Source of the DNA: Tubiluchus corallicola
Taxonomy: Eukaryota > Animalia > Priapulida
Assembly (NCBI GenBank): GCA_030141605.1
Contig: JAQGDQ010000001.1
Span: forward strand, 62,001 to 126,000
DNA: 64,000 nucleotides
Reading direction: 5' to 3'
Part shown: in pieces, positions 54,401 to 64,000 of the stretch
How positions within the stretch are numbered: position 1 is the stretch's first letter
Layout: every line of letters begins with the position of its first letter
Notes under the pieces: model-generated
What the model saw: the letters and a program-made list of their open reading frames with translations, nothing else
The model's database searches: none
What the model was told of the DNA's origin: nothing
Program-made: the position numbers and the translations under genes

Positions 54401-57400
54401 AGTAATCTACCATGTCTGTTACATGTCATAAAACCTTGGCTTAATTAGATGTTCGCATGCAGGTATAAAGAAATCAATCACAATTGATTAGTACCACCTT
54501 GATTAGGCTCTGCTCCATACCAGTCTAGGTGATTGTCTTGATGCTTCCACGAATGATAGGACACGTAAGATGAATGGACGTCTCCAACGTGCTTGATTGG
54601 AATGGAACATTGGCTCGTATATGCATCATTTGTACAACCTGTTAGTAAGATTAATTTTTTAAGTCATTACAGAACATTTCGACGGTTATTAATTTATTAT
54701 CGGAGCTCGAGTTATATTGCATCTAGAATCGATCATGCTTATTGTGCACGTGTGGTGCACCAATGCTAACAAAAGAAATCGGCACTAAACAAGAAAACCA
54801 CTTGTATTTGTACAGAGCACAGCGCTTTTCTACTCTGCATTTCCTACGGTGTAATCAGCCATTCATTAGAAAAAAGAATACAGTGTTATTCATCCGTGTT
54901 CAATTTCAGAGCTTTTCCTGCTCAACATATTTTATGTCGCGATTATTAGTGATCTTTGGCTTGAGTTTGATCTCAGTCTAGGAACTTCGTTTTGTCTCGC
55001 AATATTAACTTTACATGCGTGATGGTATTTTTACATAAGAAGAAAGCTATAGATGAACTTGACCTCAAATAATCTGTCACATTGTATGTCCGTAAAACAG
55101 AGTCGAACCCATTGCCTCTCGGGTTATGTTTTTCATGCCTATTTTGGAGTAGTTTAAACTGGATCAAGAGTATCAAAGATATTTTAGTTTTAGTTGATCA
55201 ATGGAACCAAACTTCAACAATAATAATTATCAGAAATAAGTAATTTTTTTAGGGGGGGGAGTCAAAAAGCAGCAGATTTACCAAATAGGATAACTTCGTT
55301 ACTGGTAAATATTTGCTACAATGATAGCGGCCGAGGGTGTGCTGACACTTATAAATAATTTTGTAATTGATGAGAACACTTCAAGTAAAAATGTAAACTT
55401 AATAAAACTCGGCAATGTCCTCGGCAAAGGATTGTGTATTTTCAGGGACAAAGTCAATGATGTGGCAGCTCTAGGTAATATGATGCCCTAGGAAAGTATT
55501 TTTAGCATCCCCTTTTCAACGGGTATTAACTCTGCGATTCCATGCACCACACCCTCAAAACTGAATTTTTGTTGCATAGAATAATGCGTAATGGCACCTG
55601 TGTGCTAGACTTATAAGTGTACTAATTAACTGAAGTTAACTACCTATCTACGATTGATTTCATTCCAAATTGAATGTATGACCATATAGTACTGGGTCTT
55701 CAAGAGAAATAAGAATTTCTACAATGTCTGCTGTACACATTTCATCAGGTGCATACACTTGACTGGATTATCGCTCAACCTTTTCTTCAGAAAATTTTTG
55801 AAACACTAATTCTTTTTCGCGTACATCCATTTCACTACTTAGATCGTCTTTAAAACAACAACTTGCAAATAGTTCATTAGCGTATCTTTTTGTTGTTCAG
55901 TGTCCAACCGCATGCTTTTTTCATTTCGTTTTCTTTATTACGCTCCTGAGGGCTTCGATTGTTATAGGTTTGTCCGCTATAATTAGATAAATTATACACC
56001 TAGAAAACAACTTTTTATTAGCGGAAGGAATTACTTTCTCTGCTGTTTTTTGTGTACAATATAAACAGGATAGCGCGTTTAGATGAAATGATGTAATATT
56101 AGGAAGCCAGGTACAGTAAAACTAGATTGTTTATCTGAGGATGAGACATTCGTGTTAGCATTAACGAATCATACATTCTGACAGGCAAGAAATTCGTTTC
56201 GTTTCAGTTACCTGAAGTATTATGCACACATACAATTACACATAGACTATGTTATGTTAAACTTAAAAATGGATTACTTCTAGAATTTGGCGATCCCCCA
56301 AGTGGTAGAGCTAGCGTTTGACTCAAACGAAATGATTAAATTACCTGGTCGTATTGCATGATCAATTCCTCCACGTGCAAAAAGGTTCTCACCCGGAACA
56401 GATTCATATTTCATAAAGACTACAGTCCGTGTACCGAGCAATCTACAAAACAATGAAATTGCCGCAAGTTTTCGGATACTCGTTTGCGATATAACTCTCG
56501 TAATTTTGTATATTTTGACTAACTAGCTAGTAGCAGAATAGCAGTATACGGCATATAATTTTGATATACATGGTGACTGTTTTCGACATAGAGGTCTTAC
56601 TTCATTTAAAAGGTATACGTACAAGTCAGTGCTTGATTTAAGCCAGCTCAGATAATTGCTTATTCTAGTAAATACTGTAGGTTGACCTGGTGTTCCACAG
56701 CCGATACCCCAGGACACAACTCCAACCAACGTCGTCTTATCGTTGAATTCCACTGTTAATGGTCCACCCGAATCACCCTAGAATAATTCAGAATACATGT
56801 GTGACGGCGTAACGGGGTCGGTTCTTAGGGTGAGGAAGTACCCGAGACCTGACTACTAGCCGAGTGTGATAAGGGCTTATAGCTACGAGGGGTTCTCACG
56901 CTGCTACTCCTTTAGTCATCAGGCATCGATTACGTCTTCATACATAAATAGCAAAAGAGTTAAGCTTAGGTTCAACGATATATTTTGACATGACAATTTT
57001 AACAAATTAAGCTAGGTTGTAATACGATGCAAACACGTAAAATGCACATAACGTATAGCTACCTCATTAATATTAGTGCTCTAGCTAAATACTCATACCG
57101 TGGCGCCATGTAATGGGAGAAATAATGTACAGACGTCCGGTTGGCCGGCAGGTTTCTCAACAAGTCCTGTTCACCACAAAGAGTAAGAAAGGAGCTCCTG
57201 ACGACTGGTATCTGTCGCTCACCACCAGCGTACTCCCACCATTGGTCCTCGGAACTCCAAGCGTCACTTATGGCTGACTCGTATGGGAATCCTCTTAAGC
57301 AACGACTCTAATAACTCGAAGGCCGACTTCCATTACTACGATGGTCTCACCAGGTGTGGCTATCCACCAGTCCATCAAATACGGCCACTAATCACCATTT

Positions 57401-59918
57401 CACAGCGGGTGTACCCAGTTCCTCCATAACAATTACACTGCAACTAGTTCTTGCACCTAGCGCTTCATTCATTAGTGTAATTTGGAACAATAAAGGTTCA
57501 AAGCATTAAGCTGCTGATAATCATTCTACGTTTGTCTGGACTAGTTAAAAGGTGAAAGCATTTCAACCACTTCTGACATGTATGTAACTGAGCGTCGTAT
57601 AGCCCATGCTGACTGTCTATTTCCACACAGGTAACGGCGATCAGAAAATAGGTCAGTGTCAAGCAAGTGCTTCATAGAATAAGCGATTACCACTGTAAGG
57701 GGGAAAGAGCTAGAACAAACTAAATACCTATTACTATCTATGCTCAAACGAGGTAGCTATAAACAGTAGGCTACTATGAGGTAGTTATGAGCAATAACAG
57801 TAATAACAATAGTGGTGCAAGGGCAAATATAGCTCAAACTAATGCCGGTATTGAATTGAGGCACCATAGACCTATGGGGCCGTCACAACATACAACATGT
57901 GTGAGCCATCTGTAGCGGTCTTTTGTATATTGTTAAGCTATAATTAACATAGTCAGATATAAAATTAAAATAACGCGGAATCATCAAGCTTTTATTCACT
58001 AGAGTCAAGCAATGCTAATTCATTGTTGTAGTTAAGCCCATATACTACACGAAATTCGTAATTCTAATTTCTTACCCCACAAGCAGCGACTCCACCACTG
58101 ACGTCGCCAGCGCAGATCCACACGTCGGCATCAACTGGAGCATAACCTGGTGCATCATTACATGCTTTTGCTGTCCATATAGGCATATTAACCATTTTCA
58201 AATTCACAGATGTGGAACATCCTGTATATGAAGAAGTCGTTATCTTTATAAATTAGTATAAGACTGAACAGTTTGAGTGAGTAGTTTTGAAAGCATTGTT
58301 TATATTTAATGCAACTATAATTACCATGACCAATTAATTTTCAAAAAATTGCTGGCTTAACAAACTCGTTGTCATATTGCTCTTAGACAGTAACAGTTCA
58401 CAAAGGTAAATGTATCACGTTACCATTAGGTTAACATTTATTTCATGATAGTAAGTCCTTCTAAATCGCGGTGTACCGCGCGAAAACGTGTATCCGAAAA
58501 ATGTAAAATGTATTATTCCGATAACAAAGGCCAAGAAAGGTGATGTTGAAATAAAATATTCAAGTATATAAGTATTAGCAGTTAATTGTGACCAAACTGC
58601 ATTTTTATACGATCATATAGAAAAGTGACGGCACGTGTTCCATTTATTATATACTTTTTTGACGACTTTTCCAGCTATGCGTCTCTTATCTTGCGTGACT
58701 TTCAGCATCAGCAGAATCTGACAGATACCAAGAGAACACAACAATCGTAAACTTCAGTGTTTGCACTATGTTTATTACCGAAATGTTTATGCTGTCGATT
58801 CAGTGCGAAGAGCTTCTCGTTTTCATCTTGTATGTACAGTATATTCAAACTGACGAATTTCACTTTGTAATTAAGTGTACTTTTTAAAATGATTTGAGAA
58901 ACTTATCGGGCTACTACTAGAACTATATCTGTTTTTTATGCTTGAGTAATAGTGATAAATTTATTCTGTTGATGGGCAGCAGTGATTACAAAATTGTTAA
59001 AATAATCGTTAGCTATGTTGATAAAACCTATAGCAATTAACGTTTCAAATACTTGACTAATAGTTGTTTTATGATGTATTAAATTACTAATGGGAACTAG
59101 TTTGAACCATAGAATGTTTTAAATTTACTATTAATTTTTTAGTATGTCTCATTCTTTGTTTCCATGTGTTGATCATATTTCATGAATTGAAATTATAAAT
59201 TTGTATGTATTTGTTTATGTTTAATTGGCATAGTAAAGGTTACTAAAAGATATTATTTAGATTAATATTAGCAAAACTGTAGCTAAAATAGCTGCATGGC
59301 ACTGGCTATGTTATACCCTCACAGGTGGCGCCCCATCCTGACGTTGTCCCAATGTAAGTATCAAAGTTTTCTTCGTGATTATCCGGTAGCTCAACCGGTT
59401 CAATAGACTCAAGGTGCGTGTTCGCTTCTCCATTCATTTCAATAACAGCTAGATCGTGGTAGCCAGTTGAAGAAGTGTACAGTGGGTGTATTATGATTCG
59501 TGATACCACCAGTTCCTGGACAGGGCTAGTCAGCCGATCGAGTTGACCCAGTTGCACAGTAAATCGTGATGGATACATGTCAATGCTAAAATTAACATTA
59601 TTATGATAAGGAAAAGATTTCAGAATAGTTTCTAATTGGTTATATTAACGTAAATATGTCGTGCACAAGGCTATGTTTGATTTAACCAAAGGTTGTATGA
59701 TTTATACATGCGTAAAGTAGGTCACATTGTTCATTGCTCTTTAAATTTGATGACAGACAATTTTGACTCTGAACTAATACAGAAATGTTTTAACTAATAC
59801 ATGTTTGTACTACTTAACAGAAAAGAAAACTGACTGAAGTCAAACTAAAATCAAAGCAAAAGAGTAATAGATTTTAGTACCTTTAATTTAACGAGAGGCG
59901 TTTTGTGTAACCAAATAA

Positions 59919-59961
<43 letters not shown>

Positions 59962-61157
59962 ATACCTTTATATGCGCATTTTTATACAGGTACAATAAAA
60001 ATGTATAACAACACGTCAAGACAACATGAACGCTGTTCGCAATAATAAATTGTATAAGACAGAGGCTTACTTTCTAACGCAGTGCGCCGCAGTTAAAGCA
60101 TATCGTTTACTTAACAAAACGCCACCACATAACTGTCCTCCCAGATAGGTGACAGCAACGGTATGAGGAACGTCTCCAAGTTTCGCATTTGTGCCTCCTA
60201 CAATTCGAGATGTCGCCTCATAAGCTGAAAAATAATAAGCTGCACACTTGTAAACTTTATCTTGCGTTATACATCATTAAGTTATCTCTCGTTATACATT
60301 TTCAATTACGTTTAAATTAATGAATGAAGTACATGTAATAATTAATTGCATGCCCCATTAAGCAATTTTGCCAGTACATAAACGCAACCATTTTACCTAA
60401 ACGTGATTATGACACCTGACTATAATATCACATGATGTACATCGTTGGCGTTATTATAGGGTTCGCCCTTTAAAATTTTCGCAGAATATTTTCTAATTTA
60501 CAGAAGTTCGCTCATACAAGCGTGTGATCTAAACACGGATTAAACGCAATCAGTTTGTTATGCCTGTCTCCTACTGTAATAATAAATATTGAATATTAGC
60601 TCAGAATACTGAAGCAAGTTTATGATTAAATTTAATGAGAAAAACAGAATGTAGTAGTTCAGCAAGTGTTTCAATAATTTGGTACTTCAATATCAGGGGT
60701 TAGGCAACTCAATAGCCGAATTACTTACAGACAAGCACTTGAAAGGAATTCGTTACTGATTATAAGACTATTTAAGAGCAAAATCTTTGAGGAGTTTTCG
60801 CTACTAATAAATAATATTTATGCTTTAACATACTCCATAAAGTCATTATAGTTCATGCATGTAATTATTAAACATGTTCAGATTCGAATGTACAACGAGA
60901 GATCGCCGTTGAATGATATATTTCTGTACATTAAATTTCTGTACATTTCTGTACATTTCTGTACATTAAAATCTGCTGTTTGTTAGCATCTCTTTAAAAA
61001 ATATGTCATAAATAGGCTAAAAATAGCACATTATTTGAAATAAAAAAACGGCTAAATTACAATTATTTTTGCAATTTGTAGACCAAGTGTACCTGTAATA
61101 CTTACCGCACAGAGATCCCAATAAAGTCCACAAATATAGGAGCAAATAAAAATTCAT
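51494..61157 (-). CDS. Secreted S1A (chymotrypsin-fold) serine protease fused to a ~190-aa alpha-amylase C-terminal-propeptide-like domain, 450 aa
   Basis: Nine GT-AG exons, all phase-compatible (1353 nt): 61157-61106, 60224-60071, 59585-59317, 58221-58076, 56777-56623, 56442-56345, 54638-54498, 53748-53585, 51667-51494. Signal peptide MNFYLLLYLWTLLGSLCA, activation site R|IVGG, triad TAAHC / HDLAVI / GDSGGP, SWG. Tail: [95 protein letters not shown]. Confidence 0.9.
52812..53504 (+). mobile_element. Kolobok-like non-autonomous DNA transposon (TTAA target), copy 2
   Basis: TTAA|AACACAAGAAA ... TTTCTTGTCCT|TTAA; colinear with 27422-28109. Confidence 0.75.
56800..57887. mobile_element. Probable solo LTR in protease intron 4
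   Basis: TG...CA termini with a perfect 9-bp inverted repeat TGTGACGGC / GCCGTCACA; flanks ACATG / ACATA (5-bp TSD with one mismatch); GC content above surroundings; no internal gag/pol. Confidence 0.7.
59923..59957. repeat. (TA)n microsatellite
   Basis: Directly visible. Confidence 0.95.
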
Positions 61158-61775
61158 AATTTAGTAAGAGAAAAGCTCTAAATTTCCAAGAGCACCCAAC
61201 ACTTGTGACGTCTTTTTAGATGTCAAAAAGCTGTACAAAAATAATTTAGTGTGAATGTCAACATCTGTTCTGTGCGCAGAATATGTGAGGCGGATGCAGT
61301 ATTTATTATCATATAAACCCTTTCCGTAGCTGAACTTTGCTGTACACAACTCTGATGGTCCTGCCTTGCGCCGGGGTTTATCACCCTTGATCTTATCTTT
61401 TTTTAACTAAATAAAATGAACTTCTTGCCCGGTGTCCTACACTGCTTGCTTGTAGCCGAAATTTACGTTTATCCAAAAGGTTACTTCGATCAGTTTGATG
61501 GGGTCTGCCAGCGTTTGAAAGATATTTCTGTATAAAAGACGGTCGTTCTGTTAAATTTAGAGTAAGGCAACGCATCAGTTTCTACGTTTCATGGCGAATC
61601 CAATGATATATGACATGCCTTTGTACGGCTTATGGCTTGTTTCACAAAGCGTTTAAAAATTATATTGTCCCATATATTAAGTATAGGATCGACGTAGGTA
61701 TGAAAAACGAAATATAGCCATCATACATATATATATATATATAAATTTAATTGTATGTTGTAGTATTTTTAATAA

Positions 61776-62090
61776 CTACTGGCGAAACGATAGACTGTCG
61801 AAATGAAGTACGGGTGAAAAGATACACTGTTGAAGTGATGCACTGGCGAAGTATACTACTATTTAAATATTTTTTGCACTATTACTTATATCAACTGGCG
61901 AAATATTAGATTGGCTAAATGACGCATGGCGAAAAGGTAATCTGACAAAGTATGCTACTATCTAAATACTTTTTGCAATATTTCTAATATTAACTGGCGA
62001 AAAATTAGGCTGGCGAAGTGTACTACTATTTAAATACTTTTTGCACCATTTCTATCATGAACTGGCGAATTGTGCCCTGGCGAAACATTA
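61776..62090 (+). repeat. Degenerate minisatellite with recurring CTGGCGAA and tactactatttaaata motifs
   Basis: (C)TGGCGAA recurs about eight times, and tactactat(t/c)taaata(t/c)ttttgca-like units three times. Confidence 0.7.
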
Positions 62091-63442
62091 TGCAATCGCC
62101 ACGCTACGGCTTTTTTTCGGTCACGGGTTAGCTTATACTTAATGGCGTCAACATGACAATATGTCCACAAGTCCATGTTCTGAAAGTAATTATTCATATA
62201 AAAATCGCTAATCATCCAAACTGCCAAGAACAAGTAAAATATTACGTTTTGGCTATTTGACCCTGTTATAACCGATAATGTAATAGCAAAAAATTAACTG
62301 ATAATGTAATAAAAAACTTAACGTATGATATGAAACGTCCAAAACGTATAATGTAATAACTAGCAAAATAGATGTTACTCGGTACAATTTATTGTACATT
62401 GTAGAATAATTGTTGATTTTTTTGGAATATGAATATAAATACTTTTATACTGAAGACTTAGTGAGCATTAGCGTGCTCACTGGCATCACAGCCCTTCTCA
62501 ACGCATTTTCATCAGCTCAATGAGTCAATGACGAATGAAGGTAAAGGTGACACTGGCAAAAATGACACAGAAAAAATGCAAAGTAAAAATGGTACGGAAA
62601 AAGGGCACAAATAGAGAGTTGGGAAAATGGCGCATATCTAAAACTAAAATGCACTCAGTAGGAGACAGATACCCGCCAAAGCCGAACAATTCTGGGCAAT
62701 ATCATGTTAGTCTGATTTCTTTGATAGAAAAAATAAAACAAAGATGAGCAGGCAAACATATAAACATATATAAACCACTAATTTTTGCTCAGGCTAGCAA
62801 AAAAAACAACAAAATAATTTGTTCCTAAAACAGAATTATAATTTACCCTGCACGAATATTTAAGGGAAGTGGTGCTGACAAGTCACTGGCGTAGCAGTGT
62901 CTAGTTTTTTGCTGGATTACTGCTGCGTTTACCTGTCTGAAGGCAGATTTCTTTTATTTTAGAATTCTGCCTGCCCAATGTCTACAATAGACGTGACGGG
63001 CGTATGATGATGATGATACATGCAAAAATAAATATGACAGCGAGCGAAATGGAATCAGGAACTAATTCGTAAAAATTTGTCCTGGCGGAGGTATTTATTA
63101 CCTTACTCTATATCTTACCTCTATCTTATGGCCAAGTTCTTCCTCTTTCCAAAAAGCTATAAGATTAAATAATTATTCCTAGGAGTACATAGGACTAAAT
63201 AACCCGAACTCATATTTTATTAAGTACCATTTTTCCTATTTTCCCATTTACAACTTTTTATTGTGCCATTTCTACCGTTCACCGACACATCCAATTATGG
63301 CTCACTTGCCCAACTAACCTCTTTGCTGCGTATGTTGTGATGATATTGTTTTTTTCCGTTTAGTTGTGTTTCTTCTCTTTGTTTTGTTGATTGTTAATAA
63401 TCAATTATTACTGATTCACTGACGTATCAAGTACTTAACCCA

Positions 63443-63540
<98 letters not shown>
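63443..63540. repeat. (TTA)n microsatellite
   Basis: Directly visible, about 32 units. Confidence 0.97.
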
Positions 63541-64000
63541 CTCTAGCCAAACAAGATTTCTGCCACTAAAATTTGTCTAGCAGTAATACAGAGATGTTAT
63601 AGTGGTGAAACATTGTGCGTAGGTAATAGTTGTGTTGTAGAGCAGCGGCTGGAAAAGTTAGAAAGAGTGAAATTTATAAGTTTCTGCAAGCCAAAAAACT
63701 CAAACAAACCTGTCACTGGATGAAATCTCTCCCAGCTTGGGAGACAACACGAATTGAACTTTTTCACTTTAACAAAAACCTTTCCGACCCTAGATAATTA
63801 GTTTCCCATTTTTTAAATTGAAGTTTTTGTACTGTTACAAGAGATTGCCAAATACTCTACAGCATAAAATGACATTAACTGTTGAAGTTGAACGTCCAGT
63901 ATTTGGCAGACCTCTTAATTACTATCACACTGTTTATCTGGGGTAATTAACTTTTATTGTTTAAACATATATTGCTTACATAAGTCTTTTAGATTGGTTA

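Noticed and set aside
56523-56622. Protease C-terminus as given by the ORF track (..YVYLLNEVRPLCRKQ..)
   Set aside because: This is read-through into the intron; the donor at 56623/56622 joins a conserved downstream domain in frame.

Overview
AT-rich, intron-containing eukaryotic DNA, most likely from an invertebrate animal (GT-AG introns, CR1/L2-type LINEs, MITEs, microsatellites). Five genes were assembled by hand from splice sites and reading frames: ASCC2 (minus, 9 coding exons in the window, running off the left edge), STK16 (plus, 7 exons, complete), LARP7 (plus, single coding exon), a six-finger C2H2 zinc-finger gene (minus), and a 9-exon secreted S1 serine protease (minus). The most unusual feature is the protease. 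Four small exons missed by the ORF track extend it in frame with a ~190-aa C-terminal domain that I recognise from memory as the C-terminal propeptide/secretion domain of Pseudoalteromonas haloplanktis alpha-amylase and of some invertebrate amylases, i.e. a protease carrying an amylase accessory domain. The rest is a ~10 kb nest of decayed LINEs between ASCC2 and STK16, many non-autonomous DNA transposons, a probable solo LTR, a Helentron-like element and SINE-like copies. All homology calls are by motif recognition; no database search was run.
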